A stretch of DNA of 64,000 nucleotides, taken from Malacoraja senta. Its lineage: Eukaryota. The position numbers and the translations under genes are program-made. Of this stretch, positions 36,701-47,000 are shown one piece after another. The stretch lies in NCBI GenBank assembly GCA_038087875.1, contig CM075991.1:11720001-11784000 (forward strand). The letters run 5' to 3'. Under the pieces are notes generated by a model. It did no database searches, was not told where the DNA came from, and saw only the letters and a list, made by a program, of their open reading frames with translations. Position 1 is the first letter of the stretch; the number at the start of each line of letters is the position of its first letter.

Positions 36701-39312
36701 GTGAAACCAAGCCTGAGGTAGAGCGGTGTGAGAAAGAACTGCAGATGCTGGATAAAATCGAAGGTGGACACCAAATGCTGGAGTAACTCAGCAGGTGAGA
36801 CACAAGAGTTTAGTTGGGGACGCCGTCTCCACGCGTTTGCGCAGTGGGCCCGGTATCCGTGCGTCACTGGGTCATTCTAGGTCATTTGGAATTCTATTTC
36901 ACGGGGAAAGATTGTTGAGGTGTGGAATCACTGGTGGAGTATGAGATTTACCTTGCTGTAAAAGGCAGCTAGCCCGGGTAAAATCGTTTTTTCCTGGTCG
37001 ATACAGAACCAAGCATATTAAGGCCGTGGTGTGACGGGTTCCACTATCTTTCCAGGTGGAAGATTTCCGCAGGGAGCTGAAAGCAAGGAATATGAACTGG
37101 AAAGGCACAAAGGCTCAGCTTGTGAGTCGGCTGGAGAAGGAGCTGGAGGAGGAGACAGCTAAAGAGGAGATAGAGAAAGATGAATCTCCAACCAAGGAGG
37201 CAGAGTCGGTTGTGACTCCAGAGCAGAGTCCTGATGAGGAGCAGAAGCAGGTGAGACAACTTGGGCCAATAAGCCCAATCATAGGCTGCAAATGGCACAA
37301 AACACGCGATGTGCTGAGGGAGCTGCAGCTGTCAAGCAGATGCGATAGGAAGGTGCAAGGCAGGGAATTCAACTCAAACCTGTTATTTTGGGATTATGGG
37401 AGGCTGAGTTGAGGCACTGTCTTCCTAAGAGTTGAAACTGGGGATGTTTGGGTTTGTTTGAAGTTGGGTCAGATCAACCTGATTAAGATGGGATCCTGGC
37501 TTTATATGGACATGGAATAGAAAAGCAGGATGTTATGGTGAAGCTTTAAAAAATCCTGTTTGGACTCGGTATCTAATGCAGAGAAGGCCTTGGGCGAGAG
37601 GGGGAGGGTTTCAGAGACAATGGCAAAATAGTCCAGAGATGAGACTTTTGCTCCGCCATTCAGTAACATGGTGGCTGATCTGATGGGTAGCTCGGTTGCA
37701 CATTCCTGCCTCTCCTCAGTAACCTGAATCACCCCTGTACCACTGGCTGCTGCTGTGCGGTGTTAAACTGTTGTCTGTTGTGCTGTGCAGGATGCCGAGG
37801 AGAAGCAGCCTGAAGAAGCCCCTGCTGCTCCAAAAGTGGAGCCTCGATGCCCCCTGCCAGCCGAGCCTGCGGTGATTGTGACCCCCAACGTCGCCGCCAT
37901 GGGGGGCAACTTTGGATGTGCCGTACTGTCGCTGAGTAACCTGAGGAGCTACCGCATTGATTCCAAGGGCCATTCCTTTGAGGTACGTGTTGGTAGATTG
38001 TCATCTCGCCTGCAACGTAACAGGTTTACAAATGTTATTTCCATGCCTTATGATGATGTTAGCGCCTATACTGATCAGGTACTTAGAGATGCAGCGTTGG
38101 AACAGGCCCACCCAGTACATGCCAACCATCATCTTCTGTGTTATCCCATTTCGTCAACCAGTCCTTACACAGTAGAGCTACTGTACAATAGCTAATAATA
38201 CACCAGGACACATTAACACACGAGTAAAGCACGTCCTTGCACACTAGTAAAACACGTACAATAGGTCATAATACACTAATACACACTAACACACTAGTAG
38301 AACCAGTTCTTGCACACTTCTGTGTTATCCCATTTTCTCAACCAGTCAAAAGACAATAGGTGCAGCAGTAGGCCATTCGGCCCTTTGAGCCAGCACCGCC
38401 ATTCAATGTGATCTTGGCTGATCATCCCCAATCAGTACCCCGTTCCTGCCTTCTCCCCATATCCCCTGACCTCTATTTTTAAGAGCCTATCTAGCTCTCT
38501 CTTGAAAGCATCCAGAGAACCTGCTTCCATCGCCCTCTGAGGCAGAGAATTCCACAGACTCACCGCTCTCTGTGAGAAAAAGTGTTTCCTCGTCTCCGTT
38601 CTAAATGGCTTACTCCTTATTCTTAAACTGTGGCCCCTGGTTCTGGACTCCCCCAACATCGGGAACATGTTTCCTGCCTCTAGCGTGTCCAAGCCCTTAA
38701 CAATCTTATATGTTTCAATGAGATCTCTCATCCTTCTAAACTCCAGAGTGTATAAGCTCCATTCTCTCAGCATTACACACTAGATCGATTGTACAATAGG
38801 TAATAATGTACTAGTAGCCACTAATACACACTAACATACTAGTAGAACCAGTCTTTGCGCACTAGTACAATAGGCAATTGTGCGGTTGCCAGTTAAGCTA
38901 CCAAGCCGCATGTGTGTGGGATGTGGGAGAGACCCCGTGGCGGTGGGTGGTGTGCGTTAGTTTGGTGACGGGGTTCTGGTTTTCCCTTCAGGTCCTGTGG
39001 CTGGCTGAGATATTCAGTGAGATGCTGCAGAGAGACTTTGGTTACGCCATCTACAGCGCCCTGCTGGCCTACCCAGAGAAGAAACCAGAGGAGGTCCCGG
39101 AGAAGCCGAAGGCAGCCACTGGCGGTCAGGATCAGGAACAAAAGGATCAGGACATGGAGCAAGATGAGAAGCCGAAAGAAGCCAAGGTCGAGGGGGAGGA
39201 GATGGAGAACGCGGAGTTGAAGGACACAGAGGAGGCGAAGGAGTCGGGCGATACCCTGGCTAAAACCACAGCCATGGAAGAGGATGACAACTGGGAATGG
39301 GAGCTGACAAAG
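12588..39312 (+). CDS. CCAR2: CCAR2/DBC1-like cell cycle and apoptosis regulator (spliced, 15 coding exons, 3' end truncated at assembly gap)
   Basis: Exons 12588-12624, 13994-14064, 16990-17099, 17676-17790, 19026-19161, 21504-21627, 22301-22435, 25053-25278, 28350-28463, 28846-29012, 30458-30668 (or -30859), 36057-36141, 37056-37250, 37791-37982, 38992-39312. AG/GT sites and phases chain correctly except around 30668/36057. Motifs: S1-like [27 protein letters not shown]2-type [12 protein letters not shown] and AKKARH, Nudix-like [36 protein letters not shown], and [16 protein letters not shown]-hand and coiled-coil exons are not in the window. Confidence 0.9.
13994..14064 (+). CDS. CCAR2: CCAR2 exon ([24 protein letters not shown])
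   Basis: ttctctag|...cag|gtaacg; SLLGP motif of the CCAR N-terminus. Confidence 0.8.
14705..14915. repeat. Fold-back (palindromic) Penelope-type short repeat, representative copy
   Basis: gtagacaaaaatgctggagaaactcagcggg... followed by its reverse complement; many related whole or half copies across the window (e.g. 9030-9245, 13770-13965, 23120-23300, 34230-34370, 44790-44965, 59455-59650). Confidence 0.8.
16990..17099 (+). CDS. CCAR2: CCAR2 exon, S1-like domain part 1
   Basis: [28 protein letters not shown]; ggcag|...AA|gtaagt. Confidence 0.92.
17676..17790 (+). CDS. CCAR2: CCAR2 exon, S1-like domain part 2
   Basis: [29 protein letters not shown]; ttgcag|...cag|gtacag. Confidence 0.92.
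18503..18852. mobile_element. hAT (Charlie-like) MITE
   Basis: TIRs CAGGGGTGTCAAACT / AGTTTGACACCCCTG; subterminal ccggcccgc motifs; degenerate 8-bp TSD (gtttaaac / cggtaaac). Confidence 0.85.
19026..19161 (+). CDS. CCAR2: CCAR2 exon
   Basis: [18 protein letters not shown]; ttgcag|...C|gtgagt. Confidence 0.88.
21504..21627 (+). CDS. CCAR2: CCAR2 exon
   Basis: [23 protein letters not shown]..; ttccag|...AG|gtaaat; phases 1/2 fit neighbours. Confidence 0.8.
22301..22435 (+). CDS. CCAR2: CCAR2 exon (NLS-like region)
   Basis: [23 protein letters not shown]; cacacag|...AG|gtacca. Confidence 0.88.
23339..24376. mobile_element. Non-autonomous TIR element (TAG...CTA), copy 1
   Basis: Imperfect TIRs TAGCAATGTTACAAAA / TTTTGTAACATACCTA; flanked by CTATACA direct repeats; homologous end to end, in inverted orientation, to 62811-63851. 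Confidence 0.9.
25053..25278 (+). CDS. CCAR2: CCAR2 exon
   Basis: [37 protein letters not shown]; ctttag|...aag|gtgagc. Confidence 0.92.
26740..28299 (-). mobile_element. Tc1-family (DD34E) DNA transposon, near full length, disrupted transposase
   Basis: TA duplication (26738-39, 28300-01); ~215-bp IR/DR-type TIRs starting CAGTGGCTTGCAAAAG; transposase split over ORFs 27189-27920 and 26894-27235 with [19 protein letters not shown] and SPDLNPIEN; one frameshift and small deletions. Confidence 0.97.
28350..28463 (+). CDS. CCAR2: CCAR2 exon
   Basis: [25 protein letters not shown]; cttcag|...aag|gtaagt. Confidence 0.9.
28846..29012 (+). CDS. CCAR2: CCAR2 exon, Nudix-like DBC1 domain
   Basis: [34 protein letters not shown]; tacag|...TG|gtgagt. 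Confidence 0.93.
29540..29627. mobile_element. 88-bp hairpin MITE, PIF/Harbinger-like ends
   Basis: Near-perfect palindrome GGGGCCTGTCCCACTTACG...CGTAAGTGGGACAGGCTCC with TTAA on both sides. Confidence 0.8.
30458..30668 (+). CDS. CCAR2: CCAR2 exon, Nudix-like DBC1 domain (3' boundary uncertain)
   Basis: [36 protein letters not shown]; no GT at the expected end, GC at 30669 or GT at 30860. Confidence 0.8.
30702..30800. repeat. (CA)n-rich microsatellite
   Basis: Direct reading. Confidence 0.9.
31212..32026. repeat. 21-bp minisatellite, ~38-39 copies, two interleaved variants
   Basis: ccatgtgtagcagcttctgga / ccatgtgtagcagcttcttca. Confidence 0.98.
36057..36141 (+). CDS. CCAR2: CCAR2 exon, start of SAP domain (85 nt, apparent 1-nt excess)
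   Basis: tcgcag|...AAA|gtaaga; PTPTQWS in one frame, LDLKSMK in the next. Confidence 0.75.
37056..37250 (+). CDS. CCAR2: CCAR2 exon, SAP domain plus acidic linker
   Basis: [30 protein letters not shown]; ttccag|...cag|gtgaga. Confidence 0.9.
37791..37982 (+). CDS. CCAR2: CCAR2 exon
   Basis: [31 protein letters not shown]; gtgcag|...gag|gtacgt. Confidence 0.9.
38352..38755 (-). mobile_element. CR1-clade LINE 3' end
   Basis: [39 protein letters not shown]. Confidence 0.9.
38992..39312 (+). CDS. CCAR2: CCAR2 exon (last one before gap)
   Basis: [30 protein letters not shown]..; cttcag|...aag|gtatgt. Confidence 0.9.
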
Positions 39313-39578
39313 GTATGTCCCGTGGGAAAGGGGAATCAGAAAGGGGGTTGGGAGGAACTGCAGATGCATGTTTACACCGATGATGGACACAAAATGCTGG
39401 AGTGACTCGGGGTCAGGCAGCATCTCTGGAGAAAGGGAATAGGTGACATTTTGGGTCGAGACCCTTCTTCAGATAGGGTGATAGGGCCCACCCTAACCAC
39501 TGGCCGCTGTCAATGGTCCTGGTGAATCCTAACGTCCAGGGCTTGGCCCACAGCCACCCTTGCGTGGGCAAGTGTTTG

Positions 39579-39778
39579 NNNNNNNNNNNNNNNNNNNNNN
39601 NNNNNNNNNNNNNNNNNNNNNNNNNNNNNNNNNNNNNNNNNNNNNNNNNNNNNNNNNNNNNNNNNNNNNNNNNNNNNNNNNNNNNNNNNNNNNNNNNNNN
39701 NNNNNNNNNNNNNNNNNNNNNNNNNNNNNNNNNNNNNNNNNNNNNNNNNNNNNNNNNNNNNNNNNNNNNNNNNNNNNN
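39579..39778. other. Assembly gap (200 N)
   Basis: Run of exactly 200 N; true size unknown. Confidence 1.
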
Positions 39779-40813
39779 AACTCTCCTGAACCAGAAAAAG
39801 ATAGTGTTTGGAGTAACTCAGCAGTCCAGGCAGCATCTCTGGAGAAAACGGATGGGGTGCTGTTTTGGATTAGGGACAGAATGTGGTAGAGGAGGGGGGG
39901 GGGTGGGAGAAATCTGGAAGAGGGGAAGGGCTGGACAAAGCCTGGGCGGATAGGCACAGAATGCTGGAGTAACTCAGCAGGACAGGCAGCATCTCTGGAG
40001 AGAAGGAATGGGTGACGTTTTGGATCGAGGCCCTTCAGACTCGGTTTAAGCCAGCATCTGCAGTTCCTTCCTGCACAAGTGATAGGCGGATACCAATGAG
40101 GACTCTGTTTGGTCATCTCAGGCTGCCGCCATGTCCTCTGGAACCTGTCTAATCTCTTCTGGGAAATGAAGCACACTTTTTCATTAGGAAGTGAGTTACT
40201 GTGGAGCTGGGCAGGACGACTGATTATTCCCAGACTTCCAGGAATGTCGTCAGCTCATGTGATGCGAGGGAAACCCCTTCAAACAATTCCAGGCCCATAA
40301 AACCACTAATACTGCCCTACATCACATGCCCTGACGACATAAGCTGGAATTGTAACAAGTGTAAAAATTGTCCCGAGTGGGTGTATGATAGTGTTAGTGT
40401 GTGGGGTTCACTGGTCGGCGCGGACCCAGTGGGCCGAAGGGCCTCTTTCGTTAAACTAAACTAAATTTAAAAGACATTTTGACATTTAAAAGACAGATAC
40501 ATAAATACACGATACGATAGAACTTTATTTAACCAAAGAGGGAAATTGATATAAAACACAAGATGCATGAAACATTTAGGTATAGGATCGGTATAGAGGA
40601 ATATGGGTGAAATGCAGGCAAATGGAACTAGCTTAGATGGGGCATCTTGCCAGCATGGCGTGGTGGGCCAAAGGACCTGTTTCCGTGCTGTATATTTTTA
40701 CGCAGCTTGAATCTGATGAATCGGTCTCCTGTGAAGCAGTTTGAATGCGGTAAAGTTAGTAGGTGTTGTGTGGGATTCAGTCACGCTCTCTGACACACTG
40801 TTGTTCCGTCCAG

Positions 40814-41036
40814 CTTCTTGTCGTAGGGCTGTGTCTGCTTGCGGCCCGCACCACTGATGGACTCCCGGTCAACAGCTCCGCGGTGTACCCGGCTAGCGGC
40901 AGAGAGACGCGGGGACGACCGTCGATCCTGGGCAACCGACCGGGAGACACGTTGCCCAACGGCAGACGTAACCGCTGTAAAACTGAGGAATACTACAGGG
41001 TGAGGAGTGACCTGTGCTGCAGAAACTGTCCAGCAG
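40814..41036 (+). CDS. Death receptor exon: signal peptide end and CRD1 start
   Basis: LLVVGLCLLAA..CKTEEYY..DLCCRNCPAG; gtccag|...G|gtaggt. Confidence 0.85.
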
Positions 41037-44000
41037 GTAGGTAAACATCTCACACAGGCCCTTCGGCCCAGCGCATCCATGCCATCCACAATGCCCCATC
41101 TAGTTTAGTTCATTATTGTCACCTGTACCAAGGCCTCAACAGTGGAACAGGCGGAGGATGATGGCTGACTTTAGTGGAGCGTCACAATGGCTGGGAAGGC
41201 GGATGGATGAAGGCTGCAGCAGAAAAGGGTCCCCGGTCGTCTTGGACTCCATGCCACTGGATCCTGACCCAGATCTGTCAAGGACCGTGTGGTGGCTGTC
41301 AGTGCACCAGTCTCCCCACGTTAAATAAAGTCACGCACAGGCGTCCTCCGTGAGAGGACGGTCATACTCGTTTCGAGTGACCGCCGATGATGATGACCAA
41401 AATACAGCCTAAAGCTTTTTCACCCAGAGAGTTGTGAATCTGTGGAATTCTCTGCCACAGAAGGCAGTGGACGACAATTCACTGGATCTTTTCAAGAGAG
41501 AGTTAGATATAGTTCTTAGGGTTAAAGGAATCAAGGGATATGGGGGGAAAGCAGGAACGGGGTACTGATCTTAGATGATCAGGCATTGAATGGCAGTGCT
41601 GGCCCGAATGGCCTACTCCTGCACCTATTTTTCTGTTTAAGATGGAACTTAAGGGGATGGGTCTGAAGAATGGTCTCGGCCTGAAACGTCACCTATTTCC
41701 TTCGCTCCATAGATCCTGCCTCACCCGCTGACTCTCTCCAGCATTTTTATCTACCTTCCTATTTTTCAGTTTCTATGCTAACCAGTCAGCGGAAAGAGAA
41801 TACATGATTTCAATCAAGCCGGCCATAGAGTTCAAGGCACCCACCCCCTGTGTAAAAAAAAAACTTGTCCCGCACATCTCCTTTGAACTTTGTCCCTCTG
41901 ACCTTAAAGCTATGGCCTGTAGTATTTGATATTTCCATCCAGGGTAAAAAGGTTCTGACTGTCTACCCTGTCTATCTATGCCTCTCATCGTTTTATAAAC
42001 CTCTATCCGATCTCCCCGCAACCCCCAGCGTTCCAGAGAAAACAATCTCCAAGTGTGTCCAATCTGTCCCTGTAGCTAATACCCCGTAATCCAGGCATTG
42101 TTCTGGTAACGTGGGGCCTATCAGCTTCTGTCCACCACTGGCTTGGCAGCTTTGGGATTTGCGTCTGACTTTAGTGACATGGTCCTCACCCCGCCCTTGT
42201 CTTCACAGGAACCCACGTCACTGAGCACTGTCGCAAAGATCAAGAGAGCGCAAAGTGTGAGCCGTGCGTGAAGGGAGAGGCTTTCACCGAGTATGAAAAC
42301 GGACTGAACAAGTGCATGCCTTGCACGGTTTGTCGCGAAGGTAAGCAGCGTGGGTTAAAGTTGGGTTCTGCTTGGTAGTGGTCGTCGCTTGAGGGGGTGC
42401 TACTGAGGGAGCGCCACACTGTGGGAGGGGCGGGGTTGAGGCTGCGCTGCACTCTGGGGGGCATTGAAAGGTCTGTTCTCTGCCTCTGGGGCAAGCACTG
42501 TAACAGCAGCATGAGCATCTCTCTGCATCGGCCCAGGTTGATTATTGTCACGTGTACCGAGGTACAGTGAAAAGCTTTAATTTACATGCTATCCAATCAG
42601 ATCAGATAATGCCACACATAAACACAATCCAGTCAAACTCCAGTACAACAGGTCGAGCAAAGGGGAAGATACAGAGTGCAGAATATAGTTCTCAGCATTG
42701 TAGCGCATCAGTCCCACAGACAAAGTCCAATGTCCGCAATGGGGTAGAAGTGAATCGGACAGTACCCTAGCTTATGGAAGGAACGTTCAGAAGCCTGATA
42801 ACAGCGGGGAAGAAGCTGTTCCTGAGTCTGGTGGTGGGCGGTTACAAGCTCCTGTACCTTCTGCCGGACGGGAGCGGGGAGGAGGGGTATGACCGGGGTG
42901 GGGCAGGGACGAGGCTTTGGTTAGTGCTGCCTGTGTCGTGACTGTCAGTGTGTGTGTCTCCACAGATCAGGAGCAGGTATCGGCGTGCAATGCGAGCAAG
43001 GATGCGGTGTGCCAGTGTCAAGCGGGGCGGTACTGCACGGACAACCGGGTCTGTGAGATGTGTCGCCGATGTACATCGCGGTGAGTCCGGCTCAGCTGCC
43101 CTGTGGCTCACACTTTTGGGCATTTCCGCTTGTGCACTGTTTGTCTCAAATAATCTTTGGTTTGCAGTGGGTTGGGTGTTTACCTTGCACTAAATGTTAT
43201 CCCCTTATAATGTATCTATATGTTGTAAATGGTCGACTGTAATCATGTATTGTCTTTCCGCTGACTGGCTAGCACGCAACAAAAGCTTTTCGCTGTACCT
43301 CGGTACACGTGACAATAATAAACCTGAACCTAAAGCTTCATGTGATTCTGTTCCAGCTGCCCAGATGGTGAGATTGTGGAGAACAACTGTACACCCACGT
43401 CAAACACAGTGTGTGGAAAGAACACCCTTGGCAAAGATTCACCTCAGATGAGCGGTGAGTGCCTTGTCGATGTGTGTCTGAATGCGCCCGTGAAGTTGCA
43501 GCATGATGTTATAGAGTTATGCAGAGTGGAAACGGGCCACACCGGCCAGCATGTCCCAGCTACACTAGTCCCACCTGCCTGCGCTTGGTCCATATCCCTC
43601 CAAACCTGAAGGATTTCAGCCTGAAACGTTGCCTATCTCCTTCGCTCCATAGATGCTGCTGCACCCGCTGAGTTTCTCCAGCATTTTTTTGTTTACCTTC
43701 GATTTTCCAGCATCTGCAGTTCCTTCTTTACCACTATCCATGTATCTGTCTAACTGTTTCTTAAACGTTGGGGTAGTCCCAGCCTCAACTACCTCCTCTG
43801 GCAGCTTCTTCCGTACACCCACCGTACTGTGTGAAAATGTTACCCCTCAGGTTCCTATTAAATCTTTTCCCCTTCACCTTGAACCAACGTCCTCTGGTCC
43901 TCGATTCCCCTACTCTGGGCAAGAGATTTTGTGCATCTACCGGATGTATTCCCCTCATGATTTTATACACCTCTATAAGAGTGTTACTAACCTGTGTGTG

Positions 44001-47000
44001 TTATGCTTTCAGGGGGAATGCTGGCCGTTGTGATCGTGCTATCTCTCGTTCTCGCTCTCGTTCTCGCTCCCATTCTCGCTGTGCGTTACTTTTGGAAGAA
44101 GTACCCGCAGCTCCAGCAGAGTGGTGGGTATCTGAATTAATGGACGAACCTCCTCAGCCCGCTCGCTCCACTCCCCTCTCAGCGGGCAGCGCGGACTCAC
44201 CCGGTCCCAACCCTGACCGTGCGATAGTACAGTGCTGCGGCGATCCCACAGGCTGCACCTCAGCTCCCCGCGTCCCCTCTTCACCCCCCCCTCCTGATTC
44301 ACAAATTATAGGAGCAGAATTAGGCCATTCAGCCCATCAGCTTCACTCCACCATTCAATCATGGCTGATCTGTCTCCTAATCCCATTTTCCTGCCTTCAC
44401 CCCATAACCCTTGACACCATTCTAATCAAGAACTTGTCCATCTCTTGCCTTATAAATATCCACTGACTTGGCCTCCACAGCCCTCTGTGCCAGTGAGTTC
44501 CACAGATTAACTACCCTCTGACTAAAGAAGTTCCTCCTCACCTCCTTTCTAAAAGAGCGCCCTTTAATTCTGAGGCTGTGACCTCCTGGTCCAAAACTCT
44601 ACCACCAGTGGAAACATCCTTTCCACATCCACTCTATCACTATTCCGTAAGTTTCAATGAGGTCCTCCCTCAAGCTTCTAAACTCCAACGAGTACAGGCC
44701 TAGTGCTGTCAAATGCTCACTGGACCTCATGTAAACTTCAAACAATGGACAGCTGCAGTCCTCTGAATGTGTAAGAAGGAATGTGTAGTAGATGCTGGTT
44801 TACACCGAAGGTAGACACAAAATGCTGGAGTAACTCAGTGGGACAGGCAGCATCTCTGGAGAGAAGGGATGGGTAATGTTTTTCGGGTTGAGGATGTCAC
44901 CCATTCCTTCTCTCCAGTGATGCTGCCTGTCCCGCTGAGTTACTCCAGCATTTTGTGTCTATCTCCGGCCTGTGAACATCTTCACTACTGGCCCAGCCTC
45001 GTGCCAATGGTACTGTGGGCTTTTGTCACACGGACCTAGGTACAGTGGAATTCCTTTTACATAGAGCTCGGTAAAAGTCTTACTGTACATAATCACTATC
45101 ATACGTGTGTGGAAGAGTGCAGGAATAGTAGATTATACTGAGACAATACGCACGGGTCTCCACGTTGCTGGCAAATCATACCGCACGTGAATGTAATTGA
45201 GCCATTCTCAAGTACAACAGACAGTACAAAGAGAAAAATCCCAGAGTTTAGTTTAGCAATACAGCGTGGAAACAGGCCCTTCGGCCCACTGAGTCCGCGC
45301 CGACCAACAATCACCCTTATCCTAGTTCTATCCTACACACTAGGGACAATTTACCAAAGCCAATTAACCTACAAAACTGCACGTCTTTGGAGTGTGGGAG
45401 GAAACCGGAGCACCCGGAGAAAACCCATGCGGTCACCGGGAAAGCGTGCAAATTCTGTACAGACAGCACCCATAGACGGGATCGAACCCGGGTGTCTGGC
45501 GTTGTTAGGCAGCACTACTGCTGTGCCAGCGTGCAGAATATAGTGTTGCAGAGTTATAGCATTACAGTTATGGGGAAGTGCAGTTTTAACTAAAGTGCAA
45601 GGTCCACAATGAGGTAGGTTGGAAGATGGAGACTACACCCTAGCTTATGGGAGAAACTGTTCAATCGTGTCATAACAGCGGGGAAGAAGCTGACTCTGGT
45701 GGGATGGGTTTTCAAGTTTTTAACATCGAACACAGAACCGTACAGAGCAAGAGTAGGCCCTTCAGCCCACTAACACAAACACAACCGGAGAGCAGTGCTG
45801 AACTACTATCTACCTCATCGGGGACCCTCGGACTATCCTTGATTGGACTTTGCTGGCTTTACCTTGCACTAAACGTTATTCCCCTAATCGTGTATCTATA
45901 CGCTGTAAAATGGCTGGATTGTAATCATGTATTGTCTTTCTGCTGACTGGATAGCACGCAACAAAAGCTTTTCACTGTACCTTGGTACATGTGACAATAA
46001 ACTAAACTAATTTAGAGTCATACAGCAACAAACAGGCCCTTCGGCCCAATTGTCCGTTCTATCACTGCCCCTGGGCATTTTGGTGATCCTGCAGTGTCCT
46101 GGTGGTGTACACGGTGATAGTGTGAGCCCTGTTGTGCCCACACAACTGACAATGTGCTGTGCAGGAGGGCCAGAGTTGCTGGGTGTCAAGCAACCATCTT
46201 GTTTCAACAAAGCCTTTCCTTTATTTTCCGCAGGTATCTATGGCAAGATATGTCGACACTGGAGCGCAAGGGATTCTTCAGGTGAGGGAAGGGTGATGAG
46301 AAAGCAGGCGTGCTGTGGGACTCTAGGCAGTCCCAGGCTTCCCCCCACACGGGTCTATTCAATAGTAGTGATTATTATTAATCACTAATATAATGCAGCA
46401 CGGTGGCACAGCGGGTAGTGCCGCTGCCTCGCAGCACCAGAAACCCGGGTTCGATCTGACCTCGGGTGCTGTCTATATGGAGTTTGCATGTTCTCCCGGT
46501 GGCCGCGTGGGTTCCCATTGGGTGCTCCGGTTTCCTCCCACATCCCAGAGACGTGCAGGTTTGTAGGTTAATTGTCCCTCTGTAAATTTGCCCCCCCCTC
46601 CCCCGTGTGTGGGGGAGTGGATGAGAAAGTGGAATAAGACATAACTTGTGTGAATGGGTGATCGATGGTCAGCATGGACTCGGTGGGGCCGAAGGGCCTG
46701 TTTCTGTGCTGTATCTCTAAACTAAAGTGAACTGCTGGTCAATTTACTGTTCTGAGGTCTCCATCTGTGGCCCATGGCAAAACATTGGTTCACATTAGGC
46801 CTTTGGGCGGCCATGGTGGTGCAGTGGCAGAGTTGCTGCCTTACGGCGCCGGAGACCCGGGTTCGATCCCGACTACGGGTGCTGTCTGTTCATTCTCCCC
46901 GTGACCACGCGGGTTTTCTCCGAGTTCTTCGGTTTCCTCCCACACTCCAAAGACGTACAGGTTTGTAGGTTAATGGGCTTGGGTTTGTATGTAAATTGTC

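Noticed and set aside
38050..38075. C/D box snoRNA (ATGATGA...CTGA) in a CCAR2 intron
   Set aside because: Boxes are only ~15 nt apart, too short for a snoRNA.
12588..39312. Calling the gene CCAR1 because of the SAP domain
   Set aside because: The short N-terminus, lack of a long Arg/Glu-rich tract, CCAR2-type motifs and the TNFRSF10-like neighbour favour CCAR2; phylogeny is still needed.
39510..40176. ORFs spanning the N run
   Set aside because: Artefacts of translating N as X.
40125..40200. Perfect Kozak gccgccATG (40131) as receptor exon 1
   Set aside because: The frame stops after 12 codons, and the nearby gtgagt donor (40191) gives no phase-0 open ATG exon to join 40814.
46396..46470. 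tRNA gene
   Set aside because: The A and B boxes belong to a SINE head that continues into the SINE core and tail; no complete cloverleaf.
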